Of a stretch of DNA of 64,000 nucleotides, positions 27,417 through 37,807 are shown one piece after another. The stretch lies in contig JAZQFD010000007.1 of assembly GCA_045539335.1 (NCBI GenBank), positions 18,986 to 82,985 on the forward strand, read 5' to 3'. How positions within the stretch are numbered: the stretch's first letter is position 1; each line of letters begins with the position of its first letter. The stretch comes from Eubacteriales bacterium. Lineage in GTDB: Bacteria > Bacillota > Clostridia > Oscillospirales > QAKW01. A program made the translations under genes and the position numbers. The notes under the pieces were generated by a model. The model did not search any database, was not told the origin of the DNA, and worked only from the letters and a program-made list of their open reading frames with translations.

Positions 27417-28345
27417 AAAAACAGCTTGTTGCGTGGCTGATGCTGCTGATGCTGCTTTTAAGCGGCTGTGCCTCCTCTCAAGAGGAAGAAAAAGCACCCA
27501 TTCTCTATGCCTTCAGCGATGATACCGGCAATATTGTAGGCTTTACCAAGCAACCGAAAAAAGTGGCGGTGCTGTTTTCTTCCTATGCGGAGATCTGGGA
27601 TTTGGCCGGTGGTGAGATCGCCATTTCGGTGGGGGAGAGTGTGGAGCGTGGCTTTTGCGATGCCGATACCCTTTTGGTGGATGGCGGTGCCGGCAAAACC
27701 ATCGATACCGAATTATTGCTCTCTTATCAGCCGGATTTTGTGATCGGCTCAGCTGATATTGCCGCCCATGTGGAGGCGGCGGAGCTTTTAAAAACTGCAA
27801 AAATCCCTTGCGCCTTATTTCGGGTAGAGGAATTTAAGGATTATCTGAGAGTACTGCAGGTCTGCACCGATATTACCGGCGATTCCGATGCCTATATCAC
27901 CCATGGAGCAAAAGTAGAAGAAAAGATCGATGGGCTGGTGAAAAAATATGCCGATGAGCAAGGCCCCAAGATCCTCTTTATCCGCTCCGGCTCCGGCGCA
28001 AGCTCTGCCAAGGCAAAAACCGCCGATCAGCATTTTGCGGCGGCCATGCTGGAGGAGTTGGGTGCAGAGAATATTGCTGAAACTGCCCCCATTCTCTTGG
28101 ATGGATTGAGCTTAGAGGAAATTTTGAAAGAAGATCCCGCTTATATTTTTATTTCCACCATGGGAGAGGAGCAGGCGGCCAAGACCTATATGAACAGCCT
28201 TTTGGAGCAACCTACCTGGCAAGCCCTTTCGGCCGTGAAGGAAGAAAAGGTCATCTACTTGGAAAAGGATTTATTCCAATATAAGCCCAATGCTCGCTGG
28301 GCAGAGGCTTATGAATATTTGGCAGGAGTATTATATGAATCGTAA
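27413..28345 (+). CDS. ABC transporter substrate-binding lipoprotein (FecB/BtuF-type, iron-complex or corrinoid)
   Basis: 310 aa with a lipobox LLSGCAS. The ATG overlaps the upstream stop. Confidence 0.8.
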   Translation: MKKQLVAWLMLLMLLLSGCASSQEEEKAPILYAFSDDTGNIVGFTKQPKKVAVLFSSYAEIWDLAGGEIAISVGESVERGFCDADTLLVDGGAGKTIDTELLLSYQPDFVIGSADIAAHVEAAELLKTAKIPCALFRVEEFKDYLRVLQVCTDITGDSDAYITHGAKVEEKIDGLVKKYADEQGPKILFIRSGSGASSAKAKTADQHFAAAMLEELGAENIAETAPILLDGLSLEEILKEDPAYIFISTMGEEQAAKTYMNSLLEQPTWQALSAVKEEKVIYLEKDLFQYKPNARWAEAYEYLAGVLYES

Positions 28346-29321
28346 ACAATGGGCGCCGCTGATTTTAGCGGCGCTGTTGCCTTTGGTCTGCTATATGGCC
28401 CTTCGGGTGGGCAGTACCCAACTGTCGGCCGCAGAATTCCTTGGCGGGCTTTTGAAAAAAGAGGGCTTTTTCACCGAGAGCCTTATTTTATATGAGATTC
28501 GCCTGCCTCGCCTTTTTGGGGGCTTGATTGCCGGCGGCGGGCTGGCACTATCGGGCTTATTGCTGCAAAAGGTCACCGGCAATGATCTGGCAGGCCCGAA
28601 TATTATCGGCGTTAATGCCGGTGCCGGTCTTGGGGTGATGCTGACCCTCTTTTTTGCCCCCGCTTTGGTGTTGTGGCTGCCGGTTTCTGCCTTCTTTGGG
28701 GCCTTTTTGACCACCCTTTTGATTGTAACAGTGGCAGAAAGGATTGATGGTTCCAAAGCCACCGTGATTTTGGCGGGCGTGGCGTTCAGTGCTCTTTTGA
28801 GTGCAGGAATTTCCTTTCTTTCCCTTTTGGATACCGATGTACTGGCCTCTTATAACCATTTTTCCATCGGAGGTCTTGCAGGGGTGCAAGGAAGGGAACT
28901 ATGGCTTCCTGCCCTGCTGATTGCCCTTTGCTTTGGCGGTGCGATGATCTGGGGAGGGCGCATCGAGTGTCTGACCTTGGGTGATGAGGTGGCCGCCTCT
29001 TTGGGAATTCGGGTACGGCTGTTAAGGGTGTTTTGCCTGATTCTGGCCAGCGCAACTGCGGCGGCTGCCGTCAGCTTTGCAGGACTTTTAGGCTTTGTGG
29101 GGCTGATGGTGCCCCATATGGCACGGCGCCTTGCCCATGGCTTTCGCCATGAGGCGGTGGTCTCTCTTTTGCTGGGCGGAATGCTGGTGACCCTTGCCGA
29201 CCTTTTGGGGCGGATCGTGGTGGCACCCTCGGAACTGCCGGTGGGAATCCTTACCGCCTTGTTGGGCGCACCCTTCTTCTTCTATCTTTTGATCAGGAGG
29301 AAGCAAGATGCTGAAATTTAA
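28335..29321 (+). CDS. FecCD/BtuC-family ABC permease
   Basis: I use the start MNRKQWAPL (328 aa). The protein is polytopic and carries a GPNIIGVNAGAGLG motif. Confidence 0.85.
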   Translation: MNRKQWAPLILAALLPLVCYMALRVGSTQLSAAEFLGGLLKKEGFFTESLILYEIRLPRLFGGLIAGGGLALSGLLLQKVTGNDLAGPNIIGVNAGAGLGVMLTLFFAPALVLWLPVSAFFGAFLTTLLIVTVAERIDGSKATVILAGVAFSALLSAGISFLSLLDTDVLASYNHFSIGGLAGVQGRELWLPALLIALCFGGAMIWGGRIECLTLGDEVAASLGIRVRLLRVFCLILASATAAAAVSFAGLLGFVGLMVPHMARRLAHGFRHEAVVSLLLGGMLVTLADLLGRIVVAPSELPVGILTALLGAPFFFYLLIRRKQDAEI

Positions 29322-30042
29322 TGGCGTTTCCGTTACATTGGGAAATAAGAATATTTTGAAAAATCTCGATTTTTCCTTGCAAGAGGGGGCGCTCACCGTA
29401 CTGATCGGCCCCAACGGCAGTGGAAAATCCACCCTTCTGAAAGCGGCGGCAGGTCAACTGCCCTATGCCGGTGAAGTTTTTTTGGCGAAGCAATCTTTGA
29501 AAAACCAAAGCCCCAAAGAGCAGGCCAAGGTGCGGGCTTTGTTGCCCCAGCATCTGCCGGTGGCACCTTTGTCGGTTTTGGAATTGGTGGAAATGGGGCG
29601 CACCCCTTATCGCTCCTTGGGCGCAAGACTGACCCAAGAGGATCAATCCTTAATGGAGAAGGCTCTTTCAACCGTCGGTTTGGAGGGGCTGGAGCACCGT
29701 CGCTTAAAAGACCTTTCCGGCGGAGAACGCCGGCGAGCCTATCTTGCTATGGTATTGGCGCAGGATGCTCCATTTTTGATGCTGGATGAACCTACCGCTT
29801 ATCTGGATATGGAGCATGCAAGGGAGCTTTTGCAATTACTTCGCTCCCTGCAAAAGGAGCAGCGAAAAACCTTATTGGTGGTTCTTCATGATCTGAATGC
29901 CGCCTTGGAGGTGGCCGATGAGGTGCTGATTTTAGATCATGGAGCTTTAGTTTTCCAAGGAACTCCTGCTGCCTGTAAAGAAAGCGGCCAAATAGAGAAA
30001 ACCTTTGGCGTGGAGCGGAAAATCAAAGAAATTTACCAATAA
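29308..30042 (+). CDS. ABC transporter ATP-binding protein (FecE/BtuD-type)
   Basis: 244 aa with Walker A GPNGSGKST, signature LSGGERRR and Walker B FLMLDEP. Confidence 0.9.
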   Translation: MLKFNGVSVTLGNKNILKNLDFSLQEGALTVLIGPNGSGKSTLLKAAAGQLPYAGEVFLAKQSLKNQSPKEQAKVRALLPQHLPVAPLSVLELVEMGRTPYRSLGARLTQEDQSLMEKALSTVGLEGLEHRRLKDLSGGERRRAYLAMVLAQDAPFLMLDEPTAYLDMEHARELLQLLRSLQKEQRKTLLVVLHDLNAALEVADEVLILDHGALVFQGTPAACKESGQIEKTFGVERKIKEIYQ

Positions 30043-30070
30043 AAAAAGACCCGAGAGGGTCTTTTTTTAT
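30042..30070. terminator. Bidirectional terminator (ABC operon / metH)
   Basis: AAAAAAAGACCCgagaGGGTCTTTTTTT. Confidence 0.75.
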
Positions 30071-30080
30071 TGGTGTAAAT

Positions 30081-32441
30081 TTACACTTTGCCATAGAATC
30101 GCTGAGCAATGCGGATGGCTTCCATGGCGTCGGCACCGTAAGCGTCGGCATGGATCATCTTGGCATATTCCTCGGTGAGCACAGCACCGCCTACCATAAT
30201 AAAGGCATCCGGCAGTTGGGCTTTGATCAGGTCGATGGTTTCGGCCATGGCGGGAACGGTGGTGGTCATCAAAGCGCTTAACCCAATCAGTCTGCAACCG
30301 CTTTTTTGCGCAGCGCTGAGAATCTCTTGGGGAGCCACATCTCGGCCAAGATCCCTTACCGAAAAGCCATAACTCTCTAAAAGGACCTTCACAATGTTTT
30401 TGCCGATATCGTGAATGTCGCCTTTCACCGTGGCCAAAAGAACGGTACGGTCACGGTCTTGAGCGGCGGGGGGCAGTTTTTCTTTTACCACCTCAAAAGC
30501 GGAAGAGGCCGCCTCGGCGCTCATTAAAAGCTGGGGAAGATAGACCTTTCCCGTTTCAAAATCGGCGCCGATCTCTTGAAGGGCGGGGAGCAGATGCTCA
30601 TGAATGCAGGTCAGAGGCGGGCAGGTCTTCAAAAGGGCTTTGGCGGAGGAGATGGCCTCCTCCTTCATTCCTTTCACGATCGCATAATGCAGAGAAAGCT
30701 GCTTGGGTGTCGGGACGGGGGCAGAATCCTGCCCATCGGTATAGCGAATATAATCGCCGCAGGCGGGATCCAGTCCATGCAGCGCCCGATAGGCATAATA
30801 AGTATCCATCATCCCTTGGGAAAAGGGATTCATAATGGCGCAGTTGAGCCCCTGCTCCAAGGCGCAGGCAAAGAAAGCAGAATTGATTTTTTCTCGGGCA
30901 GGCAGGCCAAAGGAGATATTGGAGACCCCCAGAGAGGTATGGAATCCATCCTCCTTTAGGAGCTTTAAGGCTTTTAGGGTGACCAGAGCCGCCTCGTGAT
31001 CAGAAGAGACGGTCAGCGCCAGAGGGTCGATGATCAGTTGGTGCTTTTCAATACCGTATTCTGCGGCCGTTGCGGCAATTTTTCGGGCAATGGCCAGCCG
31101 TTCCTCGGCCGTGGCGGGAATGCCCTTTTGATCCATGGTCAGGGCAATGACGGCGCCGCCGTATTTTTGAACCAAGGGAAAGATGGCATGCATACTTTCT
31201 TCTTTTCCGTTGACCGAGTTGATCAGAGGCTTGCCGTTATAAATCCGCATGGCTTTTTCCAAAACAAGGGGGTTGGCAGAATCTAATTGCAAGGGCAGAT
31301 CGGTCACCGCCTGCAGGGCGGCAACGGTCTTTTCCATCATTTCAATTTCATCGATCTCCGGCAATCCCACATTCACATCCAGAATCTGCACTCCTGCATC
31401 GGCTTGCCGCACTCCTTCTCCAAGAAGGTATTGAAGATCTCCTTGCCGCAAAGCCTCTTTTAGCTTGGGCTTGCCGGTGGGGTTGATCCGCTCACCGATC
31501 AGCAACGGCTCGGCGGCGATTTCCAACCCATGGGTATAAGAGGAGATTAGCGTTTTTGCCTTATGAGCAGGCGGAATATAGGGGAGGTGTTTGGTTTTCT
31601 CGATGGTTTTTTGCAGGTAAGCAGGGGTGGTGCCGCAGCAACCGCCCAAGAGGCAAGCCCCCTTTTGAGCAAGGGTCACCATTTCATCGGAGAATTCCTC
31701 GGCGTCCACATGAAAGACGGTTTTTCCATTCTCCACCTGAGGCAGACCGGCATTGGGGTTCACAATGAGAGGCACCGAGGCATAGATCGCCAGTTCCTCC
31801 ACGATGGGAGCCATCTGGGCAGGCCCCAAGGAGCAATTCAGCCCCAGAGCATCGACGCCAAGCCCCTCCAAAAGTGCCACCATGGCAGCAGGCGTGGCGC
31901 CGGTCATTAGTTTTCCGCTTCCATCGTAAACATTGGTCACAAAGACGGGCAGGTCGCTTTCTTCCTTGGCGGCCAGTACTGCCGCCTTGGTTTCATAGCT
32001 ATCGTTCATGGTCTCAATGAGGATGCAATCGGCCCCATGCTTTACCGCCAATTTCACATTGGCGGCATAAAGCGCCACCGCCTCCTCAAAGGGCAGATCT
32101 CCCAAAGGCTCCAAAAGCCGCCCGGTGGGGCCCATATCAAAGGCGATAAAAGCATCCTCTTTGCCTTCTGCCGCCTTTTTGGCGCAGTCCATGGCGGCGG
32201 CAATGAGCGTGTCATAATTTTCATACTTATCCCGATTGATCCCGAAGGTATTGGATTTGATGATGTTGCAGCCTGCCTCCAGATAGGCGGAATGCAGGGC
32301 GGTGATCTTTTCGGGATGGGTTAAGTTCCATTCCTCCGGCGGTGTGCCGGCGGGAAGGCCTAAGCTTTGGAGCACCGTTCCGGTGCCTCCGTCAAAATAA
32401 AGCCGCTTGGTTTTAATCAGAGTTCTTAATTTATTGTTCAT
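30081..32441 (-). CDS. metH: Cobalamin-dependent methionine synthase lacking the activation domain
   Basis: 786 aa with Hcy-methyltransferase, pterin-binding and B12-binding modules. The GDIHDIGKN motif (DxHxxG) is present. Confidence 0.92.
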   Translation of the reverse strand: MNNKLRTLIKTKRLYFDGGTGTVLQSLGLPAGTPPEEWNLTHPEKITALHSAYLEAGCNIIKSNTFGINRDKYENYDTLIAAAMDCAKKAAEGKEDAFIAFDMGPTGRLLEPLGDLPFEEAVALYAANVKLAVKHGADCILIETMNDSYETKAAVLAAKEESDLPVFVTNVYDGSGKLMTGATPAAMVALLEGLGVDALGLNCSLGPAQMAPIVEELAIYASVPLIVNPNAGLPQVENGKTVFHVDAEEFSDEMVTLAQKGACLLGGCCGTTPAYLQKTIEKTKHLPYIPPAHKAKTLISSYTHGLEIAAEPLLIGERINPTGKPKLKEALRQGDLQYLLGEGVRQADAGVQILDVNVGLPEIDEIEMMEKTVAALQAVTDLPLQLDSANPLVLEKAMRIYNGKPLINSVNGKEESMHAIFPLVQKYGGAVIALTMDQKGIPATAEERLAIARKIAATAAEYGIEKHQLIIDPLALTVSSDHEAALVTLKALKLLKEDGFHTSLGVSNISFGLPAREKINSAFFACALEQGLNCAIMNPFSQGMMDTYYAYRALHGLDPACGDYIRYTDGQDSAPVPTPKQLSLHYAIVKGMKEEAISSAKALLKTCPPLTCIHEHLLPALQEIGADFETGKVYLPQLLMSAEAASSAFEVVKEKLPPAAQDRDRTVLLATVKGDIHDIGKNIVKVLLESYGFSVRDLGRDVAPQEILSAAQKSGCRLIGLSALMTTTVPAMAETIDLIKAQLPDAFIMVGGAVLTEEYAKMIHADAYGADAMEAIRIAQRFYGKV

Positions 32442-33018
32442 CTTGAATCCCCATAATGGCTGTAATGGATTTGGTGGGGATCATCAAAAGGCTTTGATTG
32501 AGATGAATCCCCAAATGCTTGCGTGCGTCCAAAAAATCTAAAAGGGCCGGCTGAATGGCCAGTTCCAGATCCCCGTATCCGGGGCTGAAGCGAGGGGCAC
32601 AGCGCAGAGCCCCCTTGAGTTCTGCCTCCGCTCGATCACAGGCGGCCTCTGTCAAAGCAGAGCCGATTCCATCGGCAATAAAATGCTCGGCGGTGGAGGT
32701 GGCGGCAAGGCGGGCCAACAGGCGATCAATTCCCATGCCCGTCGTTACCGCAAAGACAAACGCTTCCGAGCAACCTTCCAAATTCTTGGAAAGATTTTGG
32801 CTGTGAATGGGGCCAAAGCCCAGATCCAGCGTCTTTCCCTCTCGCAGAATGGGCACCCGCTTGCCGCAGTAGCCGCAGTCGGCAAAAGAAAGAAGGTTTT
32901 TGATTCCGGCCTCAATGGCACCGTCGGTATAGCCCCGCCGCACCTGCAGGCGGGCAGCAAGCTCACCGATCTCAAGGGTTAAGGCATGGGCAGGAATTTT
33001 ATTAAAAAAGGTGGTCAT
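32431..33018 (-). CDS. Methionine synthase activation (SAM-binding) domain protein
   Basis: 195 aa located between metF and metH. It overlaps both neighbours (4 nt and 11 nt). Confidence 0.75.
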   Translation of the reverse strand: MTTFFNKIPAHALTLEIGELAARLQVRRGYTDGAIEAGIKNLLSFADCGYCGKRVPILREGKTLDLGFGPIHSQNLSKNLEGCSEAFVFAVTTGMGIDRLLARLAATSTAEHFIADGIGSALTEAACDRAEAELKGALRCAPRFSPGYGDLELAIQPALLDFLDARKHLGIHLNQSLLMIPTKSITAIMGIQDEQ

Positions 33019-33875
33019 TTGATGATCTCCGAAAGGTTGGCTTGAATGGCGGCGGCCACATCCGGCTTGTTCATGGAATAAACGTGCACCGCATTGATGC
33101 CGTTGGCCAAAAGGTCAATGATCTGCTCGGTGGCATAGGCGATACCCGCCTGCTTCATGGCAGCAGGATCGTCGCCATAGCGATCTACAATGCGAATAAA
33201 CCGCTGGGGCAAGGTGCTGGCGGAAATGGAGCAGATTCGCTTGATCTGGGCGGCGTTGGTCACCGGCATAATGCCGGCCACCACCGGCACATTCAGCCCC
33301 GATCGCATCATGCGATAGAGAAAATTATATAAAATGTGATTGTCGAAAAACATTTGCGTGGTCAGGAACTCACAGCCCTTTTCTACCTTGCATTTTAAGT
33401 AATCCAGATCGGCATTGCTGTTGGGACTTTCGGGGTGGCATTCAGGATAGCAGGCGCCACCGATGCAAAAGCCGCCGAAATCTCGAATTTCCTCTGCCAG
33501 ATCTGCCGCATAGCGAAAAGAAAGATCCTTGGCTCCCATTCCTTCCGGCAGATCCCCTCTCAGGGCTAAGATATTCTCAATTCCCCTTGCCTTCAGATCT
33601 GCAAGCTGATTGCGGATGGTTGTGCGGGTAGCAGAGATGCAGCTTAAATGAACCAAAGGAGTCGTGCCGTTTTGCAAAAGCTGCTGTGCAATATCAAAGG
33701 TATAGCCGCAGGTAGAGCCCCCTGCGCCGTAGGTGACGCTGATATAGCTGGGATTCAGGTCGGAAATGGCATGGGCGGCTGATGCCACCTGCTCAAAGCC
33801 ATCACTGCTTTTGGGTGGAAAAACCTCGAAAGAAAGGCTGGGCTTAGACCCGTTGATGCGATCAATGATTTTCAT
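33015..33875 (-). CDS. metF: Methylenetetrahydrofolate reductase
   Basis: I use the start MKIIDRINGSKPSLSFEVFPPK behind an AAGGAG RBS (286 aa). Confidence 0.9.
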   Translation of the reverse strand: MKIIDRINGSKPSLSFEVFPPKSSDGFEQVASAAHAISDLNPSYISVTYGAGGSTCGYTFDIAQQLLQNGTTPLVHLSCISATRTTIRNQLADLKARGIENILALRGDLPEGMGAKDLSFRYAADLAEEIRDFGGFCIGGACYPECHPESPNSNADLDYLKCKVEKGCEFLTTQMFFDNHILYNFLYRMMRSGLNVPVVAGIMPVTNAAQIKRICSISASTLPQRFIRIVDRYGDDPAAMKQAGIAYATEQIIDLLANGINAVHVYSMNKPDVAAAIQANLSEIIK

Positions 33876-33973
33876 GGATATCAACTCCTTTATAATATTT
33901 AATATTATCACAATCAGCATCAGATTGCAATATTTTTCCCCCCTGCATCATAAGTAATAAGGGGTGAAAGAAG

Positions 33974-35455
33974 ATGAATCATCGTAAACTGATCGAAAAT
34001 GCAGCACTGCTCACCGGAACCGGCTTGGTTTTGCGGGCGGCAGGAATGCTTTTAAGAGTTTTAATTGCCAATGTCATGGGGGAGGAGGGAATGGGGCTTT
34101 ATTCCCTGACCTTCACCGTTTATAATCTCTTTATTACCGTTGCTCAATCGGGGATCGGCATCGCCGTCACCCGTCTGGTAGCCCAGCATCTGGCACTCAA
34201 AGATGAGCGACGGGTCAAGGGCGCCATGCAGGCTTGCCTTCTTTGGGCCACCCTTTTAGGCACCCTCTCAGGGGTGGCTCTTTTTATCAGTTCCGGCTTT
34301 TTGGCTGATCGGTGGATCGGCAATGTAGGGTGTGGCCTTGCCTTAAAAATGTTGGCCTTTTCTTTGCCTTTTATGGCGGTCTCCGGCTGCTTTTCGGGGT
34401 ATTTTGTGGGGCGCCGTCAGGTAAAGCCCACCTGCCTTGCTCAAACCATGGAGCAGGCGGTGCGGCTGGCGGTGGTGGCAATTGTGGTGGCCTTGTTTCG
34501 CTGGGCAGGCAATGAGGTGCTTTTATCCATGATCGTGTTGGCCAATACCCTGTCGGAGGGGGTCTCCTGCCTCTTTTTGGCGATCCTCTGCAAACGTCAG
34601 CGCCCCTTCGGCACCCCCATTCCTCCCGAAAAAGGGGCCATTCGGCGCATTGCCTTGCCGGTGGCGGCTTCCCGCTACCTTTCCACCGCCCTTCATTCCA
34701 CCGAAAACATGCTGATTCCGGTGGCTATTGCCCATTATGCAGGGGAGTATTCAGTAGGGCTTGCGCAGTTTGGGGCGTTAAAAGGAATGGCGATTCCCTT
34801 GCTCTTTTTCCCCGCCTCTTTCTTGACGGCGCTTTCCTCCCTGCTGGTGCCGGAGGTAACCGATTCCGCCGCCAGAGCCGATTGGCGTGCTACCCGTGCC
34901 ATTGTGGGACGGGCGCTGACCGTGACCGCCACCCTTTCGGTGATGATCAGCGGCATCTTTTTTCTTTATAGCGACTTCTTGGGAACGACTCTTTTTCACA
35001 GCCAAACCGTTTGCATGATGCTGAAGGTTTTGGCACCCATCACTCCGTTTATGTATATGGATACCATCGCCGATGGGCTTTTAAAAGGCCTTGATCGCCA
35101 AAGCGCCGCCCTGCGGAATAATACGATTGACTCCATTTTGCGGATTCTCTTGATTACCGTCACCGTACCCAATTTTGGGATTAAGGGTTTTTTGGGGGTG
35201 ATGGTATTCAGCAATATTTTGATTGCCTCCTTGAATATCGGCACTCTGCTTCAAACCTGCAAATGGAGCCTTCAATGGAAGGATTGGATCTTAAAGCCCC
35301 TTTGCGGAGTGGGGCTTGCCACCGCCCTTTGGGCACTGCTGCCCCATGGAGAAAACCTTCTTGGGGTTCTTTTGGGGATGGCTCTTTGGTGTTTAATGTA
35401 TCTTTTGTTGACACTTCCTGTAAAAAAAGATATAATGAAAATGAAAAAGAAGTAG
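33974..35455 (+). CDS. MOP-superfamily flippase (SpoVB/MurJ-like)
   Basis: 493 aa with about 14 TM helices. The N-terminal pattern is LLTGTGLVLRAAGMLLRVLIANVMGEEGMGLY. Confidence 0.8.
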   Translation: MNHRKLIENAALLTGTGLVLRAAGMLLRVLIANVMGEEGMGLYSLTFTVYNLFITVAQSGIGIAVTRLVAQHLALKDERRVKGAMQACLLWATLLGTLSGVALFISSGFLADRWIGNVGCGLALKMLAFSLPFMAVSGCFSGYFVGRRQVKPTCLAQTMEQAVRLAVVAIVVALFRWAGNEVLLSMIVLANTLSEGVSCLFLAILCKRQRPFGTPIPPEKGAIRRIALPVAASRYLSTALHSTENMLIPVAIAHYAGEYSVGLAQFGALKGMAIPLLFFPASFLTALSSLLVPEVTDSAARADWRATRAIVGRALTVTATLSVMISGIFFLYSDFLGTTLFHSQTVCMMLKVLAPITPFMYMDTIADGLLKGLDRQSAALRNNTIDSILRILLITVTVPNFGIKGFLGVMVFSNILIASLNIGTLLQTCKWSLQWKDWILKPLCGVGLATALWALLPHGENLLGVLLGMALWCLMYLLLTLPVKKDIMKMKKK

Positions 35456-35466
35456 GAGGGAGCCCC

Positions 35467-36030
35467 GTGAAAGAACGCCTGTTAAAACATTTTGAAGAGG
35501 TCCCCATTGTGGCGGCCGCTAAAAGTGAGGATGAATTGGAGCAATGCCTTAAAAGCCGCAGCAGTGTGATTTTTTTGCTCTTCGGCAATATCTGCAATGT
35601 GGCAGAGCTGGTGCGGCGGGTGAAGGCCGTCGGTAAAATCGCCATTGTGCATCTGGATCTGATCGAGGGGCTGGCCCCGAAGGATGTCAGCGTGGATTTT
35701 ATCGCCACTGCCACCGAGGCCGATGGGATTATTTCCACTAAAAGCTCGGTGATCCGCTATGCCAAGCAGCGGGGTCTTTTGACCATCCAGCGGTATTTCT
35801 TGCTGGATTCCCGTGTGCTGGACAATCTTTTCCGCAATAGCTCTCCCGCCGACTTTTTGGAGGTTTTGCCCGGAGTCATGCCCAAGATCATCCGTCAGCT
35901 GACCTCCACCATCGATCAGCCGTTGATCGCCGGCGGCATGATTCGGGATAAAGAAGATGTGCGGGCGGCCTTGGCGGCCGGCGCAGTGGCGGTTTCTTCC
36001 ACCAATGATCAGGTTTGGTTCGGCGAATAA
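35467..36030 (+). CDS. GlpP-family (glycerol-3-phosphate responsive antiterminator-like) protein
   Basis: GTG start behind an AGGAGG RBS (187 aa). It shows PIVAAAK..EL, VHLDLIEGL, and LPGVMPKII..L...I..PLIAGG.I. Confidence 0.75.
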   Translation: MKERLLKHFEEVPIVAAAKSEDELEQCLKSRSSVIFLLFGNICNVAELVRRVKAVGKIAIVHLDLIEGLAPKDVSVDFIATATEADGIISTKSSVIRYAKQRGLLTIQRYFLLDSRVLDNLFRNSSPADFLEVLPGVMPKIIRQLTSTIDQPLIAGGMIRDKEDVRAALAAGAVAVSSTNDQVWFGE

Positions 36031-36040
36031 AGGAGTTACT

Positions 36041-37642
36041 ATGAAACTAAAATTTTTAGGCGCAGCCCATGAAGTGACCGGCTCCTGCACTCTTTTAGAG
36101 GCGGCAGGAAAACGCATTCTGATTGATTGCGGTATGGAGCAAGGGGCTGATATTTATGAAAATTGCGATCTGCCCATTTTGCCTGCCGAAGTGGACATGG
36201 TCTTACTGACCCATGCCCATATTGACCATTCCGGCAAGATTCCCATGCTGGTTTCTCAAGGCTTTCAAGGGGAGATTTATGCCACCGGTGCCACCGTGAA
36301 GCTTTGCAGCATTATGCTGCAGGATTCTGCGCATATTCAGGAGCAAGAAGCTCTTTGGCGCAATCGCAAGGCTCAGCGCTCCGGCGGGCCGGAATATGTA
36401 CCTCTTTATACAGTGGAAGATGCCATGCATACCATGAGCCTCTTTGTGCCCTGCTCTTACCAAAAGGAATATGTCCTCGCAGAGGGGATCACCATTCGCT
36501 TTTTGGATGCCGGTCATCTGATGGGCTCTGCCAGTATTGAGATTACCGTGGTGGAAGAGGGCCAAAAGCATGTTCTGCTCTTTTCCGGCGATTTGGGAAA
36601 TGTGGGCCGTCCCTTGATTCGAGATCCCCAAAAGCCTTCCTATGCCGATACGGTGATTATTGAATCCACCTATGGAAATCGCCTCCATGGTGAGCGCAAA
36701 GATTACATCGGTCAGCTGACCGCCGTCCTGCAAGAGACCTTTGATCGGGGCGGAAATGTGGTGATCCCCTCCTTTGCCGTGGGCAGAACCCAAGAGTTTT
36801 TGTATCTGCTTCGGGAGATCAAGGAAAAAGGAATGGTAACGGGGCACGATGGGTTCCCGGTCTTTGTGGATAGCCCGCTGGCCGCCGAAGCCACCCGCAT
36901 CTATTTCGATGATCTCACCGAGTATTATGATGAAGAAATGCTGGCGCTCATTGAGCGGGGCATCAACATTCTGGAGTTCCCCGGTCTGCAAATTGCCGTC
37001 ACCTCCGAAGAATCCATGGCCATCAATGAAAATAAAACCCCCAAGGTCATTTTGTCGGCCAGCGGCATGTGCGAGGCGGGGCGGATTCGCCACCACCTGA
37101 AGCATAATCTCTGGCGGGCAGACAGTACCATCCTTTTTGTGGGCTATCAGGCTGAAGGTACCATGGGGCGTCTGCTGCAAGATGGTGCCGAGACCGTAAA
37201 GCTCTTTGGCGAAACGGTGCAGGTGCAAGCAAAAATCGCCACCATGGATGGCATCAGCGGTCATGCCGACCAAGCCATTATGCTGGATTGGCTGGGGGCT
37301 CTGCAGAATAAACCGACCCGTGTCTATGTGAACCATGGCGCCGATGAGGTCTGCGATGAGTTTGCCGCCACCATCACTCAGCGCTTGGGCTTTCCGGCCA
37401 CCGCTCCCTATAACGGTGCAGTTTATGATCCCCTTGCAGACAGTCTGCTCCAAGAAGGGAACCGCATTCGTCTGGAAAAGAAAAAGCCCGCCCAAACCAA
37501 AGCAGATCTGGTCTTTGACCGTCTCTTGTCCGCCTGCAAGCGTCTGCTGAAGGTAGCCGAGTCCATGCGGGGGAGAAGCAACAAGGAGTTAGCCAAATAC
37601 GCAGATCAGGTAAATGCCCTCTGTGACAAAATGCAAAAATAA
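36041..37642 (+). CDS. MBL-fold beta-CASP ribonuclease-like hydrolase
   Basis: I use the start MKLKFLGAAHEVTGSC (533 aa). The HAHIDHSG motif is present, and ISGHAD (beta-CASP motif C) lies near the C-terminus. Confidence 0.85.
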   Translation: MKLKFLGAAHEVTGSCTLLEAAGKRILIDCGMEQGADIYENCDLPILPAEVDMVLLTHAHIDHSGKIPMLVSQGFQGEIYATGATVKLCSIMLQDSAHIQEQEALWRNRKAQRSGGPEYVPLYTVEDAMHTMSLFVPCSYQKEYVLAEGITIRFLDAGHLMGSASIEITVVEEGQKHVLLFSGDLGNVGRPLIRDPQKPSYADTVIIESTYGNRLHGERKDYIGQLTAVLQETFDRGGNVVIPSFAVGRTQEFLYLLREIKEKGMVTGHDGFPVFVDSPLAAEATRIYFDDLTEYYDEEMLALIERGINILEFPGLQIAVTSEESMAINENKTPKVILSASGMCEAGRIRHHLKHNLWRADSTILFVGYQAEGTMGRLLQDGAETVKLFGETVQVQAKIATMDGISGHADQAIMLDWLGALQNKPTRVYVNHGADEVCDEFAATITQRLGFPATAPYNGAVYDPLADSLLQEGNRIRLEKKKPAQTKADLVFDRLLSACKRLLKVAESMRGRSNKELAKYADQVNALCDKMQK

Positions 37643-37780
37643 AAATCGCTGAAAATGGCGGGTTGCTCCGTTTTTCCATCTCGGCGTATCGACACCCTTC
37701 ATTCAAAGAAAGAATCCATTGCATTCGGTTTGAGCGTTATTAAGCAAATGAAAACTGGTGCGGAAACAAAAAATTAATAA

Positions 37781-37807
37781 AAGCCTCCCGCCAGGGAGGC
37801 TTTTTTG
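37781..37807 (+). terminator. Rho-independent terminator
   Basis: AAGCCTCCCgccaGGGAGGCTTTTTT, about 140 nt after the stop of the MBL gene. Confidence 0.75.

Noticed and set aside
37655-37777. A 40-codon ORF (MAGCSVFPSRR...) in the 140-nt gap between the MBL-hydrolase stop and its terminator. It could be a small protein or an sRNA.
   Set aside because: It has no RBS, no promoter and no recognisable motif. The stretch is most simply a 3' UTR. I cannot exclude a regulatory RNA without expression data.
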